Shown in pieces: positions 27,980 to 38,054 of a DNA stretch of 64,000 nucleotides (its first letter is position 1; every line of letters starts with the position of its first letter). Location of the stretch: NCBI GenBank assembly GCA_050950165.1, contig JBMNHC010000001.1, positions 124,673 through 188,672 of the forward strand, given 5' to 3'. A model generated the notes under the pieces. It saw nothing but the letters and a program-made list of their open reading frames with translations, was not told where the DNA came from and did not search any database. Position numbers and translations under genes: made by a program. Source of the DNA: Candidatus Dojkabacteria bacterium (lineage in GTDB: Bacteria > Patescibacteriota > Dojkabacteria > SC72).

Positions 27980-29246
27980 CTCTGTATTCTTTTAACTTAG
28001 AATAATATACTAAATACAACACTATTACAGATATTAACTGAACAACCAATGTCACCCATACTACTCCAATATATCCATACTCTCTTACTGCCCATATATT
28101 TAGTACTACATTAATGATACCAGAAACAACATTAAGTACTGCCATAATACTTGCATGACCAGTAGAGGTAATAATGCCAGAGTTAATAGTTGCACCAGGT
28201 ATAACATTTGCATAGGTTAAAGCAATTGGAAAGAGTAAGCTCATTAAAATAGCACCAGAGTACTGAGGTAGAAGAATATGTATTGCTACTTTACTTACAA
28301 TTATGGATATCGGTATAAAGAGAATAGCTAAGAGAGAGAGATAGAGGAGTAACTTCTTAAATGCACTACGTATACTCTCATATTTTCCAGTAGAAAAAAG
28401 TTCAACAACATTAGGAGCAAGAACCTGACCAAGTACTGTAAAGGGTATTAGATACACAATATACATCTTATTAAGCAACTCATACACTGCAATCTCTTCT
28501 AGTAGATCATACTGTCCTAATATTAAGATATTTACTTTAGAAAAAAGGTAATAGCCTAAGGTAGCAATACCGAAATATATTGAATATGTACCAACATCCT
28601 TAAGTATCTTTTTATCAATTCTAAACTCTATCTTCCCATTAAAGATAAAAAGCAATGTTGTCATTATGAAAAAAAGTACAATCTGAGCAAGTATTGCACC
28701 TGTTAATCCATATGTAGAAACCAAAAGATACGATGCTAATATAGAGACAAAGCCACTAGCTAAGGTGATAATAGAAAGAATTTTAAATTTCTTTAACCCC
28801 CTATACACTCCATCAAGCAGAGATGACATAGGAGAGAGAAATACTAACGGTAGAGATACCAGAAGATATTGATAGTAATCTGGAAAGAAATTCTTACCAA
28901 AAAGCAGTGTTAAAACAAATGCTAAGGTAGATATGATTAATATAATAGTGCCAGAATTAAACAGTACTCTCTTTACTCTCTCTTTCTGCACACTATTGTA
29001 CTCCGCTATATACCTAGATGTAGCTGTAGATATTCCGAAATCTGAAAACATTACCAACAGAGTAAGAACAGAAAATACATAGTTGTAAATACCCATATCT
29101 TCTTTAGCAAGAAAGTATGCTGATATAAAAAACATTATTCCACTAGCACCTTGTTTACCAAGAATCTGAACTAATCTCCATACAAAAGATTGAGATAGTT
29201 CTCTATTTTTCTTAAATTTATGTAAAAATAACTCTATTAGATTCAT
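27969..29246 (-). CDS. Polysaccharide flippase (Wzx-like, MOP superfamily).
   Basis: It has about 12 TM helices, and its N-terminal region is typical of the Polysacc_synt family. Confidence 0.65.
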   Translation of the reverse strand: MNLIELFLHKFKKNRELSQSFVWRLVQILGKQGASGIMFFISAYFLAKEDMGIYNYVFSVLTLLVMFSDFGISTATSRYIAEYNSVQKERVKRVLFNSGTIILIISTLAFVLTLLFGKNFFPDYYQYLLVSLPLVFLSPMSSLLDGVYRGLKKFKILSIITLASGFVSILASYLLVSTYGLTGAILAQIVLFFIMTTLLFIFNGKIEFRIDKKILKDVGTYSIYFGIATLGYYLFSKVNILILGQYDLLEEIAVYELLNKMYIVYLIPFTVLGQVLAPNVVELFSTGKYESIRSAFKKLLLYLSLLAILFIPISIIVSKVAIHILLPQYSGAILMSLLFPIALTYANVIPGATINSGIITSTGHASIMAVLNVVSGIINVVLNIWAVREYGYIGVVWVTLVVQLISVIVLYLVYYSKLKEYRDEK

Positions 29247-30240
29247 ATTTAGGTGGTACTAATTTCAGTATATATCTATCAGATATCTTACGTTTACTCT
29301 GTATTACTGCTCTCTTAGAGAGTGTATCTGAAAAATCCTTAAAAAAGATATATACAGAGTAAATATATGAAAAGAATATACCAATGTAGCAAAGTTGTAT
29401 AGAGTGATATATAGCTTCAAGGAATGCTTTAAATGCAAAAAGTGTTCCCATATATATATTAGTTAATATACTAAAGTTTTTTAATATTGATTTAGCCTTA
29501 CCACTATAGTATGTTCTTTCATTCCATGCATATCTCTTACCTTCTTGTCTTCTAGCAAAGCCTAAATGGAGTATATATTCTTTATTGTAAAGATAGTTTT
29601 TATAACCATATATATTAGCTCTAGTAGAGATATCATCATCATCAAGATTAAACATCTGAGATTCATCAAATCCTCCTAATATATCCCACACAGTTTTTTG
29701 AATAAACATGGCTCCTCCTTGTGCAATGGCTATCTCTATTACATCTGTATATGCCATTATATCTTTAAAATGAATCTTAGGTTTTTTCTTCTTAACACCA
29801 AAGGGATAGTAATATGTACCGTATGTTCTAGTATATCCGTCTTTAAGTTCTTCTCTGTCTAAAAAGAATGGCATAAGGAATGCAGGATTATCTAATTTTT
29901 TATAATATTGAACAATATTAGATACAAAGTTAGGATTCTCTATTAACATATCGTCATCCAATATTAGTATGTATTTTCCTGTACTTGCTTTTACTCCTTT
30001 ATTCTTTGCTTTACTTATTCCTAAGTTTTTACCATTTTCTATTAACTTAATATTTTTCTCTTTATTCTTCTCTATTTGTTCTTTAATGTATTTAATAGTT
30101 CCGTCTGTAGATCCATTGTCTACATATATATATTCAATATCTTTATATTTTTGGTTTAGTAATGCTGGAAGAGTTTCAGTAATATATTTCAAAGAATTCC
30201 AGGTTATTATTATTAAGGATGTTTTGGTGTTCCTATCCAT
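29218..30240 (-). CDS. Glycosyltransferase family 2.
   Basis: GT2 motifs: SLIIITWNSLKYITETLPALLNQKY..IEYIYVDNGSTDGT and ILDDDM. Confidence 0.8.
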   Translation of the reverse strand: MDRNTKTSLIIITWNSLKYITETLPALLNQKYKDIEYIYVDNGSTDGTIKYIKEQIEKNKEKNIKLIENGKNLGISKAKNKGVKASTGKYILILDDDMLIENPNFVSNIVQYYKKLDNPAFLMPFFLDREELKDGYTRTYGTYYYPFGVKKKKPKIHFKDIMAYTDVIEIAIAQGGAMFIQKTVWDILGGFDESQMFNLDDDDISTRANIYGYKNYLYNKEYILHLGFARRQEGKRYAWNERTYYSGKAKSILKNFSILTNIYMGTLFAFKAFLEAIYHSIQLCYIGIFFSYIYSVYIFFKDFSDTLSKRAVIQSKRKISDRYILKLVPPKYESNRVIFT

Positions 30241-30280
30241 AAGGAATATTATATATGGCTCAATAAATAATATAAAGCAA

Positions 30281-31975
30281 CTAGTTTGCTTTCAACATTT
30301 TCTTTATTTTACCATTCCCATCTTTAACAATTTCTATATTGTTTATTAAATGTGGGACACAGATAGACTCACTATTCCAGCATCTATCACCCTCTTTAGG
30401 TTCACAAATCTCAATTTGTTGATCCACAAATACACAGTTAGTTTCAGGACTCTTATCCATCAAATTATTCCTTATTTCACTTGTCCTAACATACTGAAAT
30501 CCACTACCACTTATCACTGTAAATACAATCGCTATAAAAAATATAATAAAGATTGAGTAATCCTTCTGCTTGTAAACTTCAATGGAAACAAGAACCGATA
30601 AAATGAAAAATGTCCATATTACAGAGAATGCAAACCTTATATCTGGAGCCGTGACAAACCAAAATACTAACGAACTAATAGGTATAATTAATAGTGGAAG
30701 AAACTTATTCTTCAGTTTTGATGATACTAAAGTAAAAAGAGAAAGAATTAAACCAAAAAACAAAGGGAAAACAAAATTCAAAAATTCTAGCTTTTCTTTA
30801 ATCCACACCCTAAGCCATGCATTGTTAGATAGTACCTCTACTGGAGTCCTATGTGGCATACGAGCCCAACTTTTTATCCAGTTACTTTCCGAAGTTGCCT
30901 GATCAATTCCAACACTCCATTCAGTATTAAACCCTAATTTCGGGAAAGGATAGAGCGGAAACCCTGTTAATAGTACTCCACGAAAGACCCAAACTAACAC
31001 ACAAAAAGCTACAAACAGACCCACTAACCAGAAGCGCTTTTCTTTTAATAATGGGACCAAATTATGACTCCTAAATAGAAAATATATTCCTACTATTAAC
31101 GAAAACAATACAAACACAGCAGCACTTAACTTTATACTAAATAGCCCTCCAGATAATAAGAGTAATAATATAAATTTATCCAAAAACCTTCCTTTATTCT
31201 CAATTATTTCTATAAATATACCAATAATGACAAATTGTAATAATACAACAAATGTATCGGGGCTAGAACTTACAAGATATACTCCCTTCTTATAGAATAC
31301 AAAAGGAATTAAGAAGACAAAGACTAAAGACCAATATATATTGTAGCTAGTATTTTCCCGTTTCCATACAAGACTCCATAATTTATAACCTGTGTAAATT
31401 ACTGAAAAAACAAGCATCCCACTAGACACTATCCTAAAACTTTGAGGGATAATGTTAAGATGATCATATACTGAAACTAAAAGAAAAGAAGAATTATTAT
31501 AACCAAATCTACCATGTATATTTGCTAAGCCAAGAATTAACTCTGAACTTTGAAGCCATTTTATTGTTTGTTGATAATAGAGTCCAAAATCATATAATAA
31601 GTTTTCTGAGAATGTTTGATTAGATATCAAAATAATTAAAACTGTAGAACTTAATAAGAAAAGGTAATTTTTCTTAATCCTAGAAATTGTATACTTAACT
31701 ATTTTGGTATTTGCTAATTTAACACAAAACATCACAATTCCTATAAAGACAATCAATAAAGAAAGCACTTTACTAATAGGTAAAAACAAATGAGTTATTT
31801 GCATTAAAAAAATAAGTAATACAAACCCTATCCATAATTTGCTCCAAATAGTATCTATATCGTTCTTGCTGAATTTTTTAATAAAAATAGATCCTATACT
31901 TCCCCAACCCACCAAAGAAGTAAATAAAATAGACCATCCAAATAATAACCTAATGTATAAAAATAATATTTCCAT
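30281..31975 (-). CDS. Polytopic membrane protein (564 aa) with a C-terminal Cys-containing extracytoplasmic domain. It may be a Wzy-type polymerase/ligase or a GT-C enzyme.
   Basis: It has at least 12 hydrophobic helices with no diagnostic motif. The call rests on its position inside the glycan island. Confidence 0.35.
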   Translation of the reverse strand: MEILFLYIRLLFGWSILFTSLVGWGSIGSIFIKKFSKNDIDTIWSKLWIGFVLLIFLMQITHLFLPISKVLSLLIVFIGIVMFCVKLANTKIVKYTISRIKKNYLFLLSSTVLIILISNQTFSENLLYDFGLYYQQTIKWLQSSELILGLANIHGRFGYNNSSFLLVSVYDHLNIIPQSFRIVSSGMLVFSVIYTGYKLWSLVWKRENTSYNIYWSLVFVFLIPFVFYKKGVYLVSSSPDTFVVLLQFVIIGIFIEIIENKGRFLDKFILLLLLSGGLFSIKLSAAVFVLFSLIVGIYFLFRSHNLVPLLKEKRFWLVGLFVAFCVLVWVFRGVLLTGFPLYPFPKLGFNTEWSVGIDQATSESNWIKSWARMPHRTPVEVLSNNAWLRVWIKEKLEFLNFVFPLFFGLILSLFTLVSSKLKNKFLPLLIIPISSLVFWFVTAPDIRFAFSVIWTFFILSVLVSIEVYKQKDYSIFIIFFIAIVFTVISGSGFQYVRTSEIRNNLMDKSPETNCVFVDQQIEICEPKEGDRCWNSESICVPHLINNIEIVKDGNGKIKKMLKAN

Positions 31976-32092
31976 TACTAAAATATATTATATTTATAAT
32001 AGTTTTGAGACCATCACCATACCTCGTTTCCTTATCTTGTTCAATTATTCGCTATATTCACAACCTCCAAAGATATGATACACTAATGAGGT

Positions 32093-32677
32093 ATGAATCA
32101 AAATACCCGAGGCACAGGAATTCTTGAAGGTTTCCTTTCAACACAAAGAGCAAAACTAGCAAATAGCAAGATACCTAGTAAATATCGTAAAGGGAAAATT
32201 TTAGATATTGGGTGTGGTACAGTTCCATACTTTCTTCTTAATACAAAATTTAAAGAAAAATATGGAATCGATTATTCATTACAGAAAGATAAAAAGTATA
32301 AAGATATCTCACTCAAAAAAGAATCTATAAACTCTGGACTGCCATTTCAAAGCAATTATTTTGACATTGTAACAATGTTAGCTGTATTCGAACATATAGA
32401 GCCAGATGATCTACAAAAGCTTTTATCCGAGATACACAGAGTTCTAAAAAAGGATGGTCTATTAATCTTAACTACACCATGTGTATGGACAGACCGATTA
32501 CTCCGTTTTCTTGCAAGTTTAAATTTTGTTAGCAAGGAAGAAATAGAGGAACACAAAGGTGCATATTCTCACAAAGATATAAAGAGATACCTTAAACTAG
32601 GTAACTTTAAAGACGAAGATATTGAGCTTGGCTATTTTGAGCTATGGATGAATAATTGGGCTATTGCAAAAAAGTAA
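32093..32677 (+). CDS. Class I SAM-dependent methyltransferase.
   Basis: Motif I is KILDIGCGTVPYF. Motif post-II is IVTMLAVFEHIEPDD, as in Methyltransf_11/23-like families. Confidence 0.7.
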   Translation: MNQNTRGTGILEGFLSTQRAKLANSKIPSKYRKGKILDIGCGTVPYFLLNTKFKEKYGIDYSLQKDKKYKDISLKKESINSGLPFQSNYFDIVTMLAVFEHIEPDDLQKLLSEIHRVLKKDGLLILTTPCVWTDRLLRFLASLNFVSKEEIEEHKGAYSHKDIKRYLKLGNFKDEDIELGYFELWMNNWAIAKK

Positions 32678-32719
32678 AATATAAAACATATCCTGTACAA
32701 TAAAAATAGGCAAAGCCTC

Positions 32720-33454
32720 CTAAAACATATTATATTTAATTATTTCTATAATAGCTTTTAAACCATCACTGTATCTTATTTTCTTACCTTGTTCAATTGT
32801 TCTCGGATAATATCTGATTGGTACTATCCCCCATTTAAGAGGTTTCCCTTTTCTACTATATCTCGCTAACCTTGCCGTTATCTCTGGCTCTAATCCAAAA
32901 GAAGATTTAGCCGTTATTTTTGGAGCTATTTTTCTAACTACACTTCCTTTTATTAATTTGTAACAAACTTCCATATCTGGAATCCATTTTTTAGTTCTAG
33001 GAAAAGTAAAAATGTTAGAAACAAAACTTACAATTTTATTCCCAAGAAAGAAAGAAAGGTACAACAAGCCATTGTCTCCACCAAATCTATCCCCATATAC
33101 TACATCTAAATCCTTCGTTAATGCCCAATCTAACATATGAGATAAATCTTCTGGTTCATATTCTAGATCAGCATCTTGTATTACCACCCAATTCCCTGTT
33201 GTTTGTTGCAAACCTTTTTTAACAGATTGTGTCTTTCCCAGATTTTTTTCATTACTAATAAGGGAATACCCTTTTCTCCGTTTTATATATTCCTTGACTA
33301 TTTGCTCAGTTTTATCTTTAGAACAATCATTTATGATGATTATTTCTTTTTTATATCCATCTGGAAGAACAAAAGTCGTAACTTTCTCAAGAAGTTTCTT
33401 TATTGTCTTTTCTTCATTATATGCAGGAATAACTATTGAAAGAACTTTACTCAT
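32720..33454 (-). CDS. Polyprenyl-phosphate glycosyltransferase (GT2, DPM1/GtrB/ArnC-like).
   Basis: Motifs: LSIVIPAYNEEKTIKKLLEKV, IIIINDCSKDKT and VIQDADLEYEPEDL. Confidence 0.8.
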   Translation of the reverse strand: MSKVLSIVIPAYNEEKTIKKLLEKVTTFVLPDGYKKEIIIINDCSKDKTEQIVKEYIKRRKGYSLISNEKNLGKTQSVKKGLQQTTGNWVVIQDADLEYEPEDLSHMLDWALTKDLDVVYGDRFGGDNGLLYLSFFLGNKIVSFVSNIFTFPRTKKWIPDMEVCYKLIKGSVVRKIAPKITAKSSFGLEPEITARLARYSRKGKPLKWGIVPIRYYPRTIEQGKKIRYSDGLKAIIEIIKYNMF

Positions 33455-33869
33455 TATATTCTCTAAATAAGATTAGCTTTCTTGCAAGAAAATTATATAT
33501 CATAACAATACCAGCAGACATTGTATTTGAAAATATACTCCATATATCTAATTTATCTACCATGAAGTATACAAGAAAGGTATGCAATCCCAACCCTACT
33601 AGACTAATCATCGTAAAGATATAAAAACCTTTTGAAAGAAATTGAAGCCTGTTATCTCCTCCCTTAAATATATATTTCATACTTAAAATATAATTAAAGA
33701 TTAGAGCAGTAACAAAAGCTATTATTGTAGATATTATATAATTAACAAAGAAGATATTTTCTAAAACATAAAATAGTATAATATTAAGAAAAAATGCTAC
33801 AACCCCAACAATAAAGAAACGATAAAATTGTACAATAAGAATATTCTTTCTAAGTTTTTGAAACTCCAT
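33447..33869 (-). CDS. GtrA family membrane protein (polyprenyl-phosphate-sugar flippase-like).
   Basis: 140 aa with 4 TM helices. The N-terminal YRFFIVGVVAFFLNIILFYVL is typical of GtrA. Confidence 0.65.
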   Translation of the reverse strand: MEFQKLRKNILIVQFYRFFIVGVVAFFLNIILFYVLENIFFVNYIISTIIAFVTALIFNYILSMKYIFKGGDNRLQFLSKGFYIFTMISLVGLGLHTFLVYFMVDKLDIWSIFSNTMSAGIVMIYNFLARKLILFREYNE

Positions 33870-33958
33870 TTACCAAATTTTTCATAAATAATATCATTCT
33901 CATAATTCAATAAACTTCTCTATTTTTATCAGAATATGGTAAACTTTTCCAGAAAAAT

Positions 33959-36013
33959 ATGAACGTCTTAACTACAGAATTTTCAAAGAACAAAATAATT
34001 ATTAAAAAGAGTAGTAAAATTGCATTTATAATATCAGTTCTACTCTGCCTAATAACAGTGATTGACAAGATATCCCTTTATGGTGCTATAAACTTCTATA
34101 TTCACACTCCTGTTATATATACTCTAATATTTTTCCTTCACTTGGCAGTAGTAAAAGATGAATGGAAAAATATACAGATACTTTTCAAAGAATTACAAAA
34201 AAAGATAACAAAGGAGGATACTATAAAAATATTTTTAATTTTGTTCCCCTTTTTACTTGTAGTATTACTAAAGAATAAATTAAATGAAATCATAATAAAT
34301 CAAAACATTTTATCCTTAGAATACGATTATTTACTTATTATTATTAAAATAAAATTCTTTGCTAAAACCTTTGTTCTCTTTGTTGGTTCTATTCTTACAG
34401 CATTATTTGCAAACTATCTTAATTATTCAATTACTACTAATAAACAGAAGGAAAAAAGTAAAAAGAAGACACTTATACTATTTATCCTTCTAATAGCTCT
34501 ATTTTTATTCGTAAAAGCCTTTTTCATCTTTAACTATGACGGTAATTACCAGGATGATTGGTATCATATTGTAGCAGGGCAAAACTTTTTTCAAGATGGA
34601 ACATTTACAAAAGTAAACCAATATTTTGGTGAAGATGGATATCAAAGAGGTGCATATATGACGATTTTAACAAACTTCTTTATGTTTCTATTTGGAAGAA
34701 GTGTTGATATTGCACAGCTAGCCCCAGCGTTTATAGGATTAATAAATTTCATATTACTATTAACAATTGCAAGAGAAGTCTTTAAGAATAATATTTCTAT
34801 AATATTATTTTCATTCTTATATATTTTTAATCCCTATGTGATATTCAATCATTTATTTATAAGAATGTATGTTTTTTATGAACTTTTCTTTCTTTTAATA
34901 ATCTTTTTATCAACCTCTCTCTATAGGAGTTTGCTAGCAAAAAAGAATACTAAGATAGTCTTAGTCTTCTCAGCACTACTTCTTCTTAATTTTTTTATTT
35001 GGAAATACACAGAAGATAGGAGCACTATACTATTCCCTGTCTATTCTACGATAGGAATTTTCCTTGCTTTTTATAAAGCAATAAATCTAAAAAATTTCTT
35101 TTCAAAAATTTCACAATATATAAATAAAAATAAAAAAGTAATGATACCTATCTTGTTACTTCTTTTTGTATCCATTCTCCTTTTATTAACAGAACTCTCT
35201 TTGTTTACTGAATTGCTATGGCTAATAACACAAGGAACGAATGATGGATCAAATAGAGCTTCTTTAATTAAATTGATTTGTTATAGATTTGCACCCTTAA
35301 TGATGTATGTATTTCTCAGTTTCGTCACGATTAAAAAACATTCTGTATCAAAACAAATTTTTATTATCTTTGCTTTTGTTTCTTTAGTTTTACATATTGC
35401 ACTACCTGAAAGTTATCAGGTGATAAGAGGTTTCAATTATACATGGGGAGTACTTCTAATTGCTACAGTAATAATGATTGAGGAATTAATAAAACAAGCC
35501 GTTACATTAAAAAAGAGTTTACTACTCTTACCTTTGATATTTACATTTTTACTTTCATCATTATTAATTCCAACTATAAAAAGTTATCACAAGACTTTCC
35601 TTTCCACTGGTCCTAGTATTTTAGGAGAAGTAGCATATTATGAATTTGATAAAACATTCTCTTATTTACAAAAAGAGCACAGTAAAGATACAATTATTAG
35701 TATAACTTACAATGTTGTCCCAGATATGTATTATGGTCTACCTTCAAAATATGTTTTTAATGCTAATGGAAAAATCAGTAATTACTACTTTCCTGAAGAA
35801 ATAACTATCTTAAATACTTTAGATGAAGTAGAGTCACTAGCAAGAAAAGAGAATGTTTGTTTTTTATTAAGAGACTATACTTTTGGTGTTTTGGCTGGTT
35901 TCGATGTCGGTACATACATCATTAACAATTACTCTATCGAAAAAATTTATGAGGGGTATAGTATCTGGTGTGAAAGAACACTAGAGAATAAATTGCCCAA
36001 ATCTCTATATTAA
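33959..36013 (+). CDS. Large GT-C-like polytopic membrane glycosyltransferase (684 aa), a presumed partner of the adjacent GT2/GtrA genes.
   Basis: It has more than 12 TM helices and a C-terminal soluble domain. The call rests on the GtrA-GT2 neighbourhood; the motif evidence is weak. Confidence 0.45.
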   Translation: MNVLTTEFSKNKIIIKKSSKIAFIISVLLCLITVIDKISLYGAINFYIHTPVIYTLIFFLHLAVVKDEWKNIQILFKELQKKITKEDTIKIFLILFPFLLVVLLKNKLNEIIINQNILSLEYDYLLIIIKIKFFAKTFVLFVGSILTALFANYLNYSITTNKQKEKSKKKTLILFILLIALFLFVKAFFIFNYDGNYQDDWYHIVAGQNFFQDGTFTKVNQYFGEDGYQRGAYMTILTNFFMFLFGRSVDIAQLAPAFIGLINFILLLTIAREVFKNNISIILFSFLYIFNPYVIFNHLFIRMYVFYELFFLLIIFLSTSLYRSLLAKKNTKIVLVFSALLLLNFFIWKYTEDRSTILFPVYSTIGIFLAFYKAINLKNFFSKISQYINKNKKVMIPILLLLFVSILLLLTELSLFTELLWLITQGTNDGSNRASLIKLICYRFAPLMMYVFLSFVTIKKHSVSKQIFIIFAFVSLVLHIALPESYQVIRGFNYTWGVLLIATVIMIEELIKQAVTLKKSLLLLPLIFTFLLSSLLIPTIKSYHKTFLSTGPSILGEVAYYEFDKTFSYLQKEHSKDTIISITYNVVPDMYYGLPSKYVFNANGKISNYYFPEEITILNTLDEVESLARKENVCFLLRDYTFGVLAGFDVGTYIINNYSIEKIYEGYSIWCERTLENKLPKSLY

Positions 36014-37114
36014 TTAAAGATTTTTATATACAAACGACAATTTTTCTGCTGATTGTTTCCAAGAAAAAGCTTTGGATCTTTTTATCCCTTTCTTAATCAT
36101 TTCTTTCCTTAACTTATTATTATTTAAAATTTTTGTTAATTGCTTTTTTAAGTCTTCTATAGAGGAAGGATCAAAATATAATGCTGCCTCAGCACAAACT
36201 TCTGGGATAGAGCTTACATTACTTGCAACAACAGGACAAGAATTTTCCATTGCTTCAAGAGGAGGTATTCCAAACCCCTCATAAAGGGAAGGATAAACAA
36301 AAACCTCTGCATTTCTGTAGGCAGAAATTAATTCGGAATCAGATAAACGACAAGCTAAAACTTTTTCTTCTAAATTATATGAACTGATATGTTGCATTTC
36401 CTCTTTCGAAAAATCTCCTCCAACACAAAAGAGAACAAACTCTTCATACTGAGGACTCAACTGCATAAAAGCCTCTAATAAAGTTACAAAATTCTTATAT
36501 CCCCCTCTCTGCCCTACATATAAAATGTATTTCTTGGGTAAAGTAGATACACCACTTTTAGAGCTGCTTTTTGCGGAAGATAAAGATGAAGGAATATACA
36601 CAACAGAAATCTTCTTTTCATTGATACCTAATATTCTCATAATATCCTTCTTTGTATTTTCAGAGATCGCAATAATATGATTAGCTTTATTTGCAAGATA
36701 TTTTTTCCATTCTATTGTTTTGTCCATCAACCCTCGATTTTCAGGATAAATCTCATGTATCATATCGTAAATTGTTAAAACAAAGGGCATTTCGCTGAGA
36801 TATTTAATAAAATAAGGATCAAAGTATGTTGGATGAAAAATATCATATTTTTTACTCTTTATCTCTTCAATGTTTTTTAGAGAATTGATAAAACTAAAAA
36901 TTTTGCGATGAAACACAGTATTCTTCGATGGGAGAAATTGTTGAGTCTGATAAAGATCTCTCAGATAGATATTATTAGAGATTTTAACTGAAATATCTGC
37001 TTCAATTTCAAATTGAGGATTATTACGAAACTCTTTTACTAATTCAACAAAAAGCCTTGAAACTCCACCTACTACCTGTCTGGAAAATATTTGATGGTCA
37101 AAAAGGACTCGCAT
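36014..37114 (-). CDS. Glycosyltransferase, GT4 family.
   Basis: EGFGIPPLEAMENSCPVVASNVSSIPEV. Confidence 0.8.
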   Translation of the reverse strand: MRVLFDHQIFSRQVVGGVSRLFVELVKEFRNNPQFEIEADISVKISNNIYLRDLYQTQQFLPSKNTVFHRKIFSFINSLKNIEEIKSKKYDIFHPTYFDPYFIKYLSEMPFVLTIYDMIHEIYPENRGLMDKTIEWKKYLANKANHIIAISENTKKDIMRILGINEKKISVVYIPSSLSSAKSSSKSGVSTLPKKYILYVGQRGGYKNFVTLLEAFMQLSPQYEEFVLFCVGGDFSKEEMQHISSYNLEEKVLACRLSDSELISAYRNAEVFVYPSLYEGFGIPPLEAMENSCPVVASNVSSIPEVCAEAALYFDPSSIEDLKKQLTKILNNNKLRKEMIKKGIKRSKAFSWKQSAEKLSFVYKNL

Positions 37115-37126
37115 AAATAAAATTTT

Positions 37127-38050
37127 CTAAATCTTAATTAATATACCAATTTTTGAATACAACTTTTTCTTTATATACACCCACCCAAAAGAATTGACAG
37201 CTCTATATCTTTTGATAATCTCCCATGTTGGAACACCTGAATATTTATATAAATCCAGTCTCTTTTTTGATGCAAGACTCTCCTGCCTGAATAATAGGCT
37301 CTCATCTTTACTATGAATTCCTGAAGAATCATACCCAATATTATCTACATATGATTTTGTGGTTTGAACACAAACAAGACCTTTCTTAAATTGATGATAG
37401 CTCCATCTAATAGCCCAAGAATCTATTTTCCCTTCTATTTGGGCTTTCAACATCTTTGTTAAATCTTTTCCTCCCTTATTAAACTGTTTCTGTGCATATT
37501 TATTCTCAGAAAAAGAGAGATAATCCTGCACCTCCCAGTCAACCTCGTCCCACCTATCTTTCCAAGTCCCCCAACCAGTTGAACATGGTCTAACATTAAA
37601 AAAGATATCTTCTATATAATACTTGGGGACTTTTACTTGCCTAGTTGTTATCATAAATGCTGTAACAGACCCAATTTTTTTATCATTAGAATAATAATCC
37701 AGCATTTGATTCATTACATTTAGAAAATACTTTTGAGTCAATAAATCATCCTCAAGAACTATAACCTTTCCATACTTGTTTATTACCTCTGTAACACCAC
37801 CTATCACAGAATTTGCCAAACCCTTATTTTTTTCAGAAGCTGTAATTGTTACTTTTTTAAAACCTTTAATTTCTTTTAGTACATTTCTTACTTCTTTAAT
37901 CTTTTCAATATCTGATTCTCTCTTTGGTCCATCAGAATAAATAAATAACTCTGAATCTTTTGCTAACTCATTCTCACTCAATTTAGTAAGCACTTCTTTA
38001 GTGTGCTTTGCCCTATTGTATACAAATAACACTATTGGTGCGTATTCCAT
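37127..38050 (-). CDS. GT-A fold glycosyltransferase (GnT-I/GT13-like N-terminal motif).
   Basis: PIVLFVYNRAKHTKEVLTKL resembles the GnT-I PILV..CDR motif. A DxD-like VLEDDLL is also present. Confidence 0.45.
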   Translation of the reverse strand: MEYAPIVLFVYNRAKHTKEVLTKLSENELAKDSELFIYSDGPKRESDIEKIKEVRNVLKEIKGFKKVTITASEKNKGLANSVIGGVTEVINKYGKVIVLEDDLLTQKYFLNVMNQMLDYYSNDKKIGSVTAFMITTRQVKVPKYYIEDIFFNVRPCSTGWGTWKDRWDEVDWEVQDYLSFSENKYAQKQFNKGGKDLTKMLKAQIEGKIDSWAIRWSYHQFKKGLVCVQTTKSYVDNIGYDSSGIHSKDESLLFRQESLASKKRLDLYKYSGVPTWEIIKRYRAVNSFGWVYIKKKLYSKIGILIKI

Positions 38051-38054
38051 ATTT

